DNA of 32,000 nt from Candidatus Saccharimonadota bacterium (GCF_000709555.1 NZ_CP006873.1:1-32000), one strand, 5' to 3'; positions 1 to 9,836 are shown, counted from the stretch's first letter. Notes: a model not told the origin generated them from the sequence alone. Numbers and translations: made by a program.

Positions 1-1869
1 TTAACGATTCAGATAAATCAGAAGTGCGCTAATATCTGCTGGAGAAACTCCACTAATTCTTGAAGCTTGTCCAATGGAACGAGGGTTCCGATAACCCAGT
101 TTCTCTCTTGCTTCGTATGATAGAGCTACGATTCTTCCATAATCAAAATTATCTGGAATCCCAATGTTTTCAAGACGTGAAATTTTAGCGGCCATGTTCT
201 TTTCACGTTCTATATAGCCTTTATATTTAATTTGGATAGACACTTGCTCAAGTTCTTCTTCGTTTATAGAATGCAAATTTCTATAATCTTGGAAAATAGA
301 AAGATGATAAAAGTCTTTTATGGAAATTTCTGGTCTTGAAAGTAATGAAGATAATCGAATAGGTTGAGAAAGTAGTGTACTTCCTTTTTTTTCTAAAATT
401 AGATTTCCGACATCAGGATGTAAATTTGTCTCGTACAGAAAATTCACGCAATCTTTTATCAATTTTAACTTTTTTTTAAGTTTTTTAATCCTATCTTCTT
501 TAGATAATCCTAATTTATACCCGTAGTGGGTAAGCCGTTCGTCTGCATTATCTTGCCTTAGCAATATTCGATGCTCAGCCCTAGAAGTAAACATTCTATA
601 AGGTTCTTCAGTCCCTTTAGTTACTAAATCATCAATTAATACTCCTATATAAGCTTCATGTCTATGTAAAATAAATGGTTCTTTTTTATTTATTTTTAAA
701 TGGGCATTTATCCCAGCTATAATCCCTTGTGCTGCTGCCTCTTCATAACCTGTAGTTCCGTTAATTTGTCCAGCAAAGAATAAATTTTTTATAAGTTTCG
801 TTTCTAGAGAATGATTTAATTGTATTGGTGGAAAGTAATCATATTCTATAGCATAACCTAATTTTAATATCTTTACACGTTCAAATCCAGGAATTTTTCT
901 CAATGCTTGGAACTGAATCTCTTGAGGTAGAGAAGTAGAAAACCCATTAACATACATTTCTGTTGTATTCCAACCTTCTGGTTCTACAAATATTTGATGA
1001 TGATGACGTTCAGAAAACCGATAAATTTTATCTTCAATAGAAGGACAATAACGAGGTCCTATTCCGTGGATAGATCTATTGAATATAGGTGAACGTTTAA
1101 AACCTGAACGTAATATATCATGAACTACATCAGTGGTATGAGTAATATAACAACTACGTTGCTTTTTTAAAGCAGGAGTATTGATATAAGAAAATTTTTT
1201 AGGGTTTTCATCACCTATTTGTTCATTCATCTTTGAATAATCCAATGACCTTCCATCTACTCTAGGAGAAGTGCCTGTTTTCATTCGTCCTGTTAAAAAA
1301 CCTAAATATCTGAGTTGTTCAGTTAGTCCGGTAGAAAATTTATCCGAGATTCGTCCCCCCCGATATTGTTTTTCTCCTATATAAATCATCCCGTTAAGGA
1401 ATGTACCGCTAGCAAGTATTACGGCCCTACTTGGAATCTCTATTCCGAGTGCTGTTTTAACACCTCGGATACTTTTTTTTTGGATCAAAAGTTCTGTAAC
1501 AGAATCTTGAAGAAAGTCGACTTTTGGGAAACTCTCTAATTTTAAACGCCATGTTTCAGAAAAACGCATCCTATCTAACTGTGCTCTTGGGCTCCACATA
1601 GCAGGACCTTTTGATCGGTTAAGCATTCTGAATTGAATCATGGTTTCGTCTGTAATAATACCAGAATAACCACCTAAGGCATCTATTTCACGAATCATTT
1701 GTCCTTTAGCTATACCTCCCATAGCTGGATTACAGGATAGATATCCAATGGTTTGTAGATTCATGGTAATCAAAAGAACAGAAGATCCCATTCGTGATGC
1801 CGCAGCAGTTGCTTCAGCACCAGCATGGCCGCCACCTATTATAATAATATCATAAATAGTGGAAAACAC
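1..1869 (-). CDS. mnmG: tRNA uridine 5-carboxymethylaminomethyl modification enzyme MnmG (GidA)
   Basis: Complete 622 aa ORF with its stop codon at 1-3. N-terminal FAD dinucleotide-binding motif DIIIIGGGHAGAEA. Length and conserved blocks (GPRYCPSIEDK, GQINGTTGYEEAAAQG) are typical of MnmG. Confidence 0.95.
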   Translation of the reverse strand: MFSTIYDIIIIGGGHAGAEATAAASRMGSSVLLITMNLQTIGYLSCNPAMGGIAKGQMIREIDALGGYSGIITDETMIQFRMLNRSKGPAMWSPRAQLDRMRFSETWRLKLESFPKVDFLQDSVTELLIQKKSIRGVKTALGIEIPSRAVILASGTFLNGMIYIGEKQYRGGRISDKFSTGLTEQLRYLGFLTGRMKTGTSPRVDGRSLDYSKMNEQIGDENPKKFSYINTPALKKQRSCYITHTTDVVHDILRSGFKRSPIFNRSIHGIGPRYCPSIEDKIYRFSERHHHQIFVEPEGWNTTEMYVNGFSTSLPQEIQFQALRKIPGFERVKILKLGYAIEYDYFPPIQLNHSLETKLIKNLFFAGQINGTTGYEEAAAQGIIAGINAHLKINKKEPFILHRHEAYIGVLIDDLVTKGTEEPYRMFTSRAEHRILLRQDNADERLTHYGYKLGLSKEDRIKKLKKKLKLIKDCVNFLYETNLHPDVGNLILEKKGSTLLSQPIRLSSLLSRPEISIKDFYHLSIFQDYRNLHSINEEELEQVSIQIKYKGYIEREKNMAAKISRLENIGIPDNFDYGRIVALSYEAREKLGYRNPRSIGQASRISGVSPADISALLIYLNR

Positions 1870-1887
1870 TCTTTGTATAATTAAAAC

Positions 1888-2301
1888 CTATAAGTAGAGT
1901 AAATTTAAATAAAAGTCTTCTTTTGCATGAAGAATCAACCTCTCTTTATACAGATTATCTTTGTAACCTAATAAATGCAAAATAGCATGAGCCATTACCC
2001 TATAAAGCTCTATATAAAAATATTGCTTCCATTTTAAAGCATTATATTTGACTCTTTCTATACTAATGAATATATCTCCGTATATTTTTTTTTTTTTAAC
2101 GAAATCGAATGTAATAACATCAGTGTAAAAATCTTTATTCAGATAACTGTTATTTATTTTTAATAAATATTGATCATTGCAAAATATAAAATTTATATTT
2201 CCAATATATGCATTTTCCTTTTGGATTATATTTTTTACCCATTTTTTTATTTTTTTTCTATTATAAATCTTAAAATTGGTCTCCGAAAAATAATGGATCA
2301 T
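1888..2301 (-). CDS. ybeY: rRNA maturation endoribonuclease YbeY
   Basis: 137 aa ORF carrying the YbeY zinc-binding signature HAILHLLGY (HxxxHxxGY). Size is typical of the family. Confidence 0.85.
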   Translation of the reverse strand: MIHYFSETNFKIYNRKKIKKWVKNIIQKENAYIGNINFIFCNDQYLLKINNSYLNKDFYTDVITFDFVKKKKIYGDIFISIERVKYNALKWKQYFYIELYRVMAHAILHLLGYKDNLYKERLILHAKEDFYLNLLYL

Positions 2302-2620
2302 CGTAGTATAGCGACTTTACTAATAGAAAGAAAAAGAAATCCTTACGACTGAACTCAATGAAGGATATATAAAGGAGTTAGGATAATCATTTCTATTGAT
2401 TGTGGTATTAAGGATATCGATAAAGCAAAGACCTTATTATCTGTCGTTCAAAATTCTTCCAAGGGTGTGTTTTAAGCTTATTCAAGCTAATTAAACTACT
2501 ATCCCAGAAGACAAGAGGCTTCAATCGAAAGCAGAAGGGAATAAAGGATTGAATTTATATAAAGCACTGCAAAGATGTATATTATCACCTGTACCTATTT
2601 TTTTATAAAATTTAGATGAA
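2302..2620 (+). pseudogene. recJ: Remnant of the N-terminal third of the single-stranded-DNA exonuclease RecJ
   Basis: No intact ORF. Translation across shifted frames gives DHRSIATLLIERK..NPYD, then LNEGYIKEL, then IIISIDCGIKDIDKAKTLLSVVQNSS, then GNKGLNLYKAL. These resemble, in order, the RecJ blocks DxDGxTSxALL, IPxRxxEGYG, lIxTVDCGIxxxxxIxxAxxxGIDVIVTDHH and GvGVAFKLxxAL. The catalytic DHH is lost and the C-terminal two thirds are absent. Confidence 0.5.
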
Positions 2621-2645
2621 CGGTACACTATAACGCTTGTTATTG

Positions 2646-2716
2646 AGGCACAGAGCGGGATCGAACCGCTATAAAAGGTTTTGCAGACCTTTGCCTAGCC
2701 ATTCGGCCACAGTGCC
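2646..2716 (-). tRNA. tRNA-Cys (anticodon GCA)
   Basis: The reverse complement folds as a cloverleaf. Acceptor GGCACTG/CTGTGCC has one U:U mismatch. Anticodon arm is AAGGT-CTGCAAA-ACCTT and the T-arm is AGCGG-TTCGATC-CCGCT. CCA is not encoded. Confidence 0.85.
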
Positions 2717-2742
2717 TGGGCAGTTATAAGGATAATATAACA

Positions 2743-3750
2743 TTATATTTTACAATGTAAATCTCCACTAAGCAGGATGTCCAGTGACATAGGATGGTTC
2801 TTCTGTGCAAGAGAAATTTGATCATGAAATAGCATGTCATAAGTAGGACGTTCTTCTTTATAAAAGACACCAAAAGGACGAGGAAATTTTTCATATCCTG
2901 GGGTACCAAAGAATCTCGTTAAAATCTCTGCTTTCGTACGATCATTTTCATCATGTGTCCAAATATCTGAAAAACTATAAGAACTTTCTTGTAGTGAAAT
3001 TACCTTCGGATATATCCCGTCTAGACGTATGCCATATTGTTTTTTCGACCCGAATCTCATCAATTCACCTTGCTTTAGGTAAAGTGTCTGATTAACTTTT
3101 TTACTTTTTTCAGTAAAATTTTCAAAAACTCCATCATTAAAGACATTGCAATTTTGATATATTTCTAAAAAAGAGGTTCCTCTGTGCTCTTGTGCTCTTA
3201 GTAACATCTCACGTAAATGTTTAGGATCTCTATCCGTAGTTCTTGCTATAAAGCTAGCTCCTGCTCCTAATACCAAACTCAACGGATTGAATGGATTATC
3301 AATGGTACCTAATGGAGAAGATTTTGTCTTAAACCCTAACTTTGAAGTAGGTGAATGTTGTCCCTTAGTTAGACCATAAATCTCATTATTAAATAACAGA
3401 ATATTTACATCTAAATTCCGACGAAGTAGATGAATCAGGTGATTTCCTCCTATAGAAAGTCCATCCCCATCTCCTGTAATAATCCACACATTTAAATCAG
3501 GATTTGCTAGTTTAATACCTGTAGCTAAAGCAGGCGCTCGTCCATGAATACCATGAAGACCAAAAGTATCCATATAGTATGGAAAACGTGAAGAACAACC
3601 TATCCCTGATACAAAAACTATTTTTTCCTTAGGAAAGCCTATTTCAGGTAAAATAGTTTGGACCTGTTTTAAAATCGAGTAGTTTCCACAGCCAGGACAC
3701 CATTTAATATCTTGGTCCGAAGAAAAATTTTTTTTATTATATGAATCCAC
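2743..3750 (-). CDS. korB: 2-oxoglutarate:ferredoxin oxidoreductase, beta (TPP-binding) subunit
   Basis: 335 aa ORF. N-terminal WCPGCGNYSIL cysteine motif and the GDGDGLSIGGNHLIH TPP-binding block are typical of KorB/OorB-type beta subunits. Confidence 0.9.
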   Translation of the reverse strand: MDSYNKKNFSSDQDIKWCPGCGNYSILKQVQTILPEIGFPKEKIVFVSGIGCSSRFPYYMDTFGLHGIHGRAPALATGIKLANPDLNVWIITGDGDGLSIGGNHLIHLLRRNLDVNILLFNNEIYGLTKGQHSPTSKLGFKTKSSPLGTIDNPFNPLSLVLGAGASFIARTTDRDPKHLREMLLRAQEHRGTSFLEIYQNCNVFNDGVFENFTEKSKKVNQTLYLKQGELMRFGSKKQYGIRLDGIYPKVISLQESSYSFSDIWTHDENDRTKAEILTRFFGTPGYEKFPRPFGVFYKEERPTYDMLFHDQISLAQKNHPMSLDILLSGDLHCKI

Positions 3751-3863
3751 TTTTTTTTATGATTTGCACGTGACAAGCATTATAACGAACTAGGGCTAGG
3801 CTAAGTTAAGCTAAGCGCGTAGTTGCTCCAGTAAATTCGTACTTATCTAGCTATATTGTTATT

Positions 3864-3893
3864 TTGATCATCACAAGATAAATACTACATTTG
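3864..3893 (+). promoter_or_regulatory. Candidate Bacteroidota sigma-A promoter for the tRNA-Asn/tRNA-Pro pair
   Basis: TACATTTG at 3886-3893 matches the Bacteroidota -7 consensus TAnnTTTG. A TTG lies at 3864-3866, 19 bp upstream. The motif ends 18 nt before the tRNA-Asn 5' end. This is a motif match only, in AT-rich DNA. Confidence 0.3.
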
Positions 3894-3910
3894 TAAGAGA
3901 GAATTAAGTA

Positions 3911-3984
3911 TCTTCAGTAGCTCAGTTGGTTAGAGCACCTGACTGTTAATCAGGTAGTCGCTGGTTCGAGTCCAGCCTGGAGAG
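3911..3984 (+). tRNA. tRNA-Asn (anticodon GTT)
   Basis: Cloverleaf with acceptor TCTTCAG/CTGGAGA, D-arm GCTC..GAGC, anticodon arm CCTGA-CTGTTAA-TCAGG and T-arm GCTGG-TTCGAGT-CCAGC. Confidence 0.9.
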
Positions 3985-3999
3985 CGATTAAGAACCGTA

Positions 4000-4074
4000 C
4001 GGGGTGTAGCTCAGTTTGGGTAGAGTGCGCGCCTGGGAGGTGTGTGGTCGCTGGTTCGAATCCAGTCACCCCGA
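4000..4074 (+). tRNA. tRNA-Pro (anticodon reads as GGG)
   Basis: Acceptor CGGGGTG/CACCCCG is typical of tRNA-Pro. T-arm is GCTGG-TTCGAAT-CCAGT. The best fold gives anticodon stem CGCGC/GTGTG and loop CTGGGAG, that is U33-GGG-A37. The tRNA identity is confident, the anticodon assignment less so. Confidence 0.8.
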
Positions 4075-4167
4075 CTTACAGACTACATAAACGCTCTTTA
4101 TCAAAAAGCTTTAAAGGTCTATCCCATTGTTTTTGTCGTTAGCATGGATAGCCGCCTTGTCTCTTTA

Positions 4168-7100
4168 TTATTCATAGGCTAATTTTTTAACGAATATTCT
4201 TATAGTTTCTCCCTCAAAATCTACCATGTCTCCTAAGTTATAATCTAAGGATAGAGAGACGGAAAGAGTTTCTTCGCAAATATACTCTCTGTGTAATTTT
4301 ATAACTTTTTCTAGTTCAGGAGAAGCTCCAATAGATAAAATCATTTTATCAGTTATCCCTAACTCTTTCTTTTTACGGATATTCTGTATTCTATTGATCA
4401 ATTCTCTAGCTATTCCCTCATAACGTAAGACGTTATCTATTTCTAGGTCTAGAACAACAGTTATCTCCTTGTCGGAGGCTATTAACCAATTTTTAGATGT
4501 CTTTATTACAATATTCACCTCTTTTAGAGTGATCTTTTCTTTAAGACCTTCTATTTCTATAATAGAATGGCCATCTTTTTCCATATGATCAATTTGCTGT
4601 GGAGTAAATTTTTTAAGAATATCATAAATAATCCGTGTCCGTTTCCCAAATCTAGGACCTAACATCTTAAAATTAGGCTTGATTTCACGAATAAAAAATT
4701 TACTGTAAGCTTTGTGGGTTAAAAATTGAATTTCCTTAACATTTACTTCCTGTTTAATAATCTCGGATAGACTAAAAATCTCTTTTTCAAAAGAAGAAAC
4801 AAAAATAATTAATTTTCTAAGAGGTTGTCTAACCTTTATGTTCTTTTTTTTTCTAAAAGAGAGAACTATTGAAGTGACGCGTTGTGCCAAATGCATACAA
4901 TTTTTTATCCGGTTGTCGATAATTTTTTCATCATATTTAGGAAAATAAGCCAAATGTACACTTTCAAAAAAAGATTTTTGAGTTGTATATACTAAATTCA
5001 TGTAAAGTTGATCAGAAAAAAAAGGTGCTATAGGAGAACTCATTATGGATATTGTAAGCAAACAATCGTATAACGTCTGATAAGCAGACACTTTATCTTT
5101 AGAATATTTTTCCTTCCAAAATCTCCGACGACTAATCCGAATGTACCAATTACTCAAATCGTCAATTACAAATTGAGAGATAATTCTAGTAGCACGAGTA
5201 GTATTATAGGTATCATAATAAATTTCTACCTTCTTAATTAACTGGTGTAATTCTGAAAGAACCCATCTGTCCATCTCAGGACGTTCTTCTATAGGAAGAA
5301 AATTTTCTTTATAACAAAATCCATCGATATTGGCATACATTGCAAAGAATGCATAAGTATTATAAAGAGTTCCAAAAAATTTTCTACGTACTTCATCAAT
5401 CCCGTATATATCGAATTTAAGATTTTCCCAAGGTTGTACCTTTGAAAGCATATACCAACGGGTAGCATCAGGACCATACAAGTCTAAGACTTCAAAAGGA
5501 TTCACAGTGTTTCCCTTGCTTTTGGACATTTTATGTCCGTTTTTATCGAGTACTAAACCAATAGCCACTACATTTTTATAAGCTACTGACTTCAAAAGCA
5601 TAGAAGAAATAGCATGTAAAGTGTAAAACCAACCCCGAGTCTGGTCAACCCCTTCCGCTATAAAATTTGCCGGAAAAAACTTTCCTTTATCTATTTTTTC
5701 CTTATTTTCAAAAGGATAATGCCATTGTGCAAATGGCATAGCTCCTGAATCAAACCACACATCAATTAAGTCAGACTCTCTTCGCATAGGAGTACCCCTA
5801 GTAGAAACTAAAATAATATCATCCACCCATGGTTTATGCACATCAACTTTTTGGTAATTTTCATTGCTCATATCTCCAGGGACAAAATCTTTGAGAGGAT
5901 TTTCTTTCATGAATCCAGCCTTAATTGATTTTTCTATTTCAACCCTCAATTCTTCAAACGATCCTATAATTCTTTCTTCTTTATGTGTACGCCATATCGG
6001 TAGCGGAACTCCCCAATATCTTGTACGGGAAAGATTCCAATCGTTAAGGTTTTCAAGCCAGTGATTGAACCGACTAGTTCCAGTAGAAGTAGGAACCCAA
6101 TGAATATTCTTATTGAGGTAAATCATATCATATTTAGCGGCAGTAGTTTTAATACACCAAGTATCTAAAGGATAATAAAGTATAGGTTTGTCTGTACGCC
6201 AACAATGTGGATAATAGTGTTGATATTTCTCAATTTTAAAAACTTTCCCTTCCTTTTGCAATAAGGCAGACAATTCTACGTCAACTGAAAATTCAGGAAA
6301 TTTTTCCGTATTGTAGTATTCATTGCGAACATATTTTCCAGCAAATGGTTTAGGTAGACGTTGAATAAAACGTCCTTGTACATCTACCAAGGGTAGAGCT
6401 TGTTTTTTTACAGAATCCCATACTAACATAGGAGGTATTTCATTTTTCTTAGCTACTTCAGCGTCATCAACACCAAAAGTGGGCGCAATATGTACAAGAC
6501 CAGTACCGGTATCAGTAGTAACAAAATCTCCGGAAATAACTTTAAAGGCATTTTTTTTCCTTTCGGAGGGAATTACCCAAGGTAATAACTGTTCGTAACG
6601 GCTTCCTACAATACTTTTTCCTGAAAAAGTATTTATTATTTTATAGGGTATTTTATGATCTCCTTTTTGAAAGACTTCTAATGAAACGTTGTCTGATACC
6701 GGAAAGTATTTATCAGAAAGTATTTGACTAATCAAAACCTTGGCTAATATAACATACATCCTTTCAAAGGAATAGGAATTAAATGTATCTATCACTAAAT
6801 ATTCTATATACGGACCAATAGTCAGAGCAGTATTTGAAGGAAGAGTCCAAGGGGTAGTAGTCCATGCTAAGAAATAGACATTTCTTGGAAGTACTTTGAA
6901 AAAAGTAGGAAGACTCTCTTTTATAGCTTTAAACTGTACCACAATCGTGGTATCAGTTATTTCTTTATAAGTACCAGGGAGATTAAGTTCATGTGTGCTC
7001 AATCCAGTTCCTGCAGCCGGAGAATATGGTTGTACAGTGTATCCCTTATATAATAATTTTTTTTTATAGAATTGCTTCAAAATCCACCATAGACTTTCTA

Positions 7101-7572
7101 TATATTTTGAGTGATAAGTCATATACGGAGTTTTATGATCTATCCAATATCCTATTTTCTCAGTAAATTTTTTCCAAATCCTCGTGTAACGCATCACATA
7201 TATAAGACAAGTCTGATTATATTCTTCTACACTAATTTTTTTACCGATATCTTCTTTTGTAATATTAAGTTCTTTTTCTACGCTAAGTTCAATGGGTAAT
7301 CCATGTGCGTCCCAACCGGATTTCCGGTATACTTTTTCTCCTTTTAAAGTATGATATCTACAAAATACGTCTTTTATAGTTCGAACCATTACATGGTGAA
7401 TACCAGGATATCCGTTAGCTGAGGGTGGCCCTTCATAAAAGACATAGACATTTCTTCCCTCACGGGATATAATGCTTTTCTCAAAAATATTGTTTTTTTT
7501 CCATAAATTGGCTATTTCGGAAGCCCATTGATTCAGATTAAATTTATTATATTCTTTAAATGTTTTATACAT
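4168..7572 (-). CDS. ileS: Isoleucyl-tRNA synthetase (type 2, long Bacteroidota form)
   Basis: The ORF is open to 7587 (1139 aa). The likely start is the second Met at 7572 (MYKTFKEYNK...). Class I motifs PPSANGYPGIHH (HIGH region) and KMSKSKGN (KMSKS) are present, and the length is typical of type-2 IleRS. Confidence 0.95.
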   Translation of the reverse strand: MYKTFKEYNKFNLNQWASEIANLWKKNNIFEKSIISREGRNVYVFYEGPPSANGYPGIHHVMVRTIKDVFCRYHTLKGEKVYRKSGWDAHGLPIELSVEKELNITKEDIGKKISVEEYNQTCLIYVMRYTRIWKKFTEKIGYWIDHKTPYMTYHSKYIESLWWILKQFYKKKLLYKGYTVQPYSPAAGTGLSTHELNLPGTYKEITDTTIVVQFKAIKESLPTFFKVLPRNVYFLAWTTTPWTLPSNTALTIGPYIEYLVIDTFNSYSFERMYVILAKVLISQILSDKYFPVSDNVSLEVFQKGDHKIPYKIINTFSGKSIVGSRYEQLLPWVIPSERKKNAFKVISGDFVTTDTGTGLVHIAPTFGVDDAEVAKKNEIPPMLVWDSVKKQALPLVDVQGRFIQRLPKPFAGKYVRNEYYNTEKFPEFSVDVELSALLQKEGKVFKIEKYQHYYPHCWRTDKPILYYPLDTWCIKTTAAKYDMIYLNKNIHWVPTSTGTSRFNHWLENLNDWNLSRTRYWGVPLPIWRTHKEERIIGSFEELRVEIEKSIKAGFMKENPLKDFVPGDMSNENYQKVDVHKPWVDDIILVSTRGTPMRRESDLIDVWFDSGAMPFAQWHYPFENKEKIDKGKFFPANFIAEGVDQTRGWFYTLHAISSMLLKSVAYKNVVAIGLVLDKNGHKMSKSKGNTVNPFEVLDLYGPDATRWYMLSKVQPWENLKFDIYGIDEVRRKFFGTLYNTYAFFAMYANIDGFCYKENFLPIEERPEMDRWVLSELHQLIKKVEIYYDTYNTTRATRIISQFVIDDLSNWYIRISRRRFWKEKYSKDKVSAYQTLYDCLLTISIMSSPIAPFFSDQLYMNLVYTTQKSFFESVHLAYFPKYDEKIIDNRIKNCMHLAQRVTSIVLSFRKKKNIKVRQPLRKLIIFVSSFEKEIFSLSEIIKQEVNVKEIQFLTHKAYSKFFIREIKPNFKMLGPRFGKRTRIIYDILKKFTPQQIDHMEKDGHSIIEIEGLKEKITLKEVNIVIKTSKNWLIASDKEITVVLDLEIDNVLRYEGIARELINRIQNIRKKKELGITDKMILSIGASPELEKVIKLHREYICEETLSVSLSLDYNLGDMVDFEGETIRIFVKKLAYE

Positions 7573-7763
7573 AACAAAAAAGATCATTATTGAAATGAAG
7601 AATAATAATTCTATTAGGGATACATCTATTTAGATCTGGCGAATCGCTAAAACATCATTCGCTCACGGACTTTATAGTATTTATTAGCCAGCAGCTACCT
7701 ATGGCTCCTGTAACCCGATAGCTATAGACAATCTTATCTTGCTTACTAAAAACAGGTTCTCTG

Positions 7764-8426
7764 ATGGCGATTATACTTAATATCGAAACTGCAACTAGAA
7801 ATTGTTCTGTATCTATAGTTAAGAATGGCATTTTCCAAATTTTAGTTGAAGAAAATTCTAAATTTTATTCGCATTCTGAAAATATCCATAAATTTATTGA
7901 TTATGTCTTTAAAAAGTCTGCTATAAGTATTTATGAACTCAATGCTGTTTCTGTTAGTAAAGGTCCTGGTTCTTATACTGGTCTTAGAACAGGAGTTTCC
8001 GCGGCTAAAGGTTTGTGTTATGGTTTAAATATTCCCCTAATAGCTATAGATACTTTAACGATTATGGTACATGGGTTCAATGCTAATCAAGGAATATTGA
8101 TTCCTATGATAGATTCACAAAGAAACGAGGTTTACACTGCAATTTTTAATAAAAAAAAGATGACAACTATTGAGGCGAAAATTCTTGATGAGGACAGCTT
8201 TATAGAATATACAAAAAATAAAATTTATATATTTGGAGACGGCGCACAAAAAGCTAGAAAGTTGTTAAAAATATCGGCGTATTATAGGCCAGAATTTTTT
8301 CCATCTGCAAAATACATGAGCTCTCTTTCCGAAGACCGTTTTCAGCAACATAAATTTGAGAATATTGAATCTTTTGAACCTTTTTATTTAAAAGATTTTT
8401 TGGTAAAACCTATAAAAGTAGAGTAA
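7764..8426 (+). CDS. tsaB: tRNA t6A37 threonylcarbamoyl transfer protein TsaB (YeaZ)
   Basis: 220 aa ORF. N-terminus ILNIETATRNCSVSI and the block GPGSYTGLRTGVSAAKGL are the hallmark TsaB/YeaZ motifs. Confidence 0.85.
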   Translation: MAIILNIETATRNCSVSIVKNGIFQILVEENSKFYSHSENIHKFIDYVFKKSAISIYELNAVSVSKGPGSYTGLRTGVSAAKGLCYGLNIPLIAIDTLTIMVHGFNANQGILIPMIDSQRNEVYTAIFNKKKMTTIEAKILDEDSFIEYTKNKIYIFGDGAQKARKLLKISAYYRPEFFPSAKYMSSLSEDRFQQHKFENIESFEPFYLKDFLVKPIKVE

Positions 8427-8439
8427 CTATTCTATTTCA

Positions 8440-9833
8440 TCGTCGTCACGAAAGAAGGATCTTCAATATACTTTTATTCCATCCAATTTAACACCTTTAG
8501 CGTTTTCATTATCAATAAAGTATACTTGGAAACGCACATCATGAATAGAAGCAACTTTTATTATAAGCGGTTAAGACATATTTTTCATAAATAAATTAAT
8601 GGGGGTTCATTAACGAGCATGAGGACATCATTTACTAGAGACTGCATAGGAGGATGAAAAGCCTATATAGATACAGAAGTTCTATTCGTGGAGGGAATTA
8701 ATTACGAATATATAAAATATGAGGATCAAAATTCTAGAAGGACTCTAAAACCATCGGGTTCTGCTTTTGTAGAACGTAAAAAATAACTTTTTTTAGGAAC
8801 ACTTAAATTAGAATGAAAAATGTGGATAGCGGATAAAAAGTCATCACATGTAGACATATATATTCCTTAAAAAAATATTAATAGAGCGAAACCCGTTTGT
8901 TAAGTCATCGTTAGATTATTAAATTGGTATACGAAATATTAGGATGATAAGAAAACTGAATAGACGGTTGTTTGACTAAAAAAATTCCTTTGGAAAGAAC
9001 GGAGAAAAGATCTGCGTAACAACTTTTACTATTGATCCTCTCAAGATTTTTAGAAACACTGTTAAATTGGGATACATATTGCTTACGTTTCTTATTATAT
9101 AAAAGAAGGTAGTCTTCTTGATAAAGAAGCTTAGAATCGCGCTATATCAGTTTATTTAGTAGACCTATGCGTCCTCAGTGATTGGAAAAACAGTTATTTG
9201 TTATGATTATCGTTTTACTTATGAAGAAGTTAAAAAATGTATTTCGTTTTCTATAGGAATTTTTTATAAAGAAATTACTAAACTTCACCGATTAGCTAAA
9301 AGATTAAGAAATGAACGTGTCAAAAATGGTTTTATCAATTGTAAATAGAATTTCTAAACTTAAATAAACAAAGTAAAAAATTATTAATCAATTTATAAAA
9401 CCTTTAGGCTATAAGCTTAATTGAAAAAAATAGGAATTCTATAATTATGCGTATTATGAGTAAAGCAAAATATTCGACTCAGAATATTGGAGGAGGTATT
9501 ATGATATAATTTCTCATCGTCGGAGACAAATGTGTTTCTGTTAGTAATAGAGAATATTTAGCTACTGAAGCAGAACGTGATTCAATAAAGTATATGCAAA
9601 TAAAATACATCGAACAGTTTATTGGTTGAAGTTTTTATAGGATGATATCTGGAGTTCCTAAATGGGAATTTATGTAGAATTACCTCTTTGAAGGATGATG
9701 TATATGTTTTTAAAGAAGAAAAGTATTGCATAGAAGGAAAAAAGACACAACGGAGATATTGCATTGTGTCAAAGTAAAAATATTCTCTATAGAGAGAAAA
9801 CATTTTATTTTTATATTAGAAAAATTCTATCTG
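8440..9833 (+). pseudogene. rnr: Ribonuclease R pseudogene with multiple frameshifts, in-frame stops and deletions
   Basis: About 1.4 kb with no ORF over 60 aa on this strand. Frame-hopping translation gives colinear RNase R/II blocks. GFINEHEDIIY matches GFGFVxxxxxDIFI. RRKDLRNNFTIDP matches RxDLRxxxxFTIDP. YIAYVSYYIKEGSLLDKEA*NRAISVYLVD matches HIADVSxYVxxGSxLDxEAxxRGTSVYLxD. FTYEEV...LHRLAKRLRNERVKNGFI is also present. YYDIISHRR matches RYPDLxVHR. AERDSIKYMQIKY and the S1-domain tail VKVKIFSIERKHFIFIL follow. About 35% of a typical 2.1 kb rnr is missing. Confidence 0.75.
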
Positions 9834-9836
9834 ATA

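Noticed and set aside
2170-2352. 60 aa plus-strand ORF across the ybeY 5' end
   Set aside because: Its first two thirds are antisense to ybeY and low complexity. Only its tail (DHRSIATLLIERK) matters, as the beginning of the recJ-like remnant.
4168-7587. Short ORFs nested in ileS (5289..5477 -, 5864..6064 +, 7111..7299 +), and similar ones in korB (2724..2909), der (12525..12716), hflX (13599..13832), korA/glnS (22941..23129, 24288..24476), tatC (29315..29497, 29336..29536, 29951..30139) and the rnr remnant (9582..9803)
   Set aside because: These are typical alternative-frame or antisense ORFs of AT-rich DNA that lie inside strongly supported genes. They are Ile/Phe/Lys/Asn-rich and have no motifs.
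7588-7763. Inverted repeat GCGAAT..(12 nt)..ATTCGC in the ileS-tsaB divergent spacer, considered as an operator or terminator
   Set aside because: It is only a 6 bp stem with a large loop, in a divergent promoter region. There is no flanking T-tract or second copy, so the support is insufficient.
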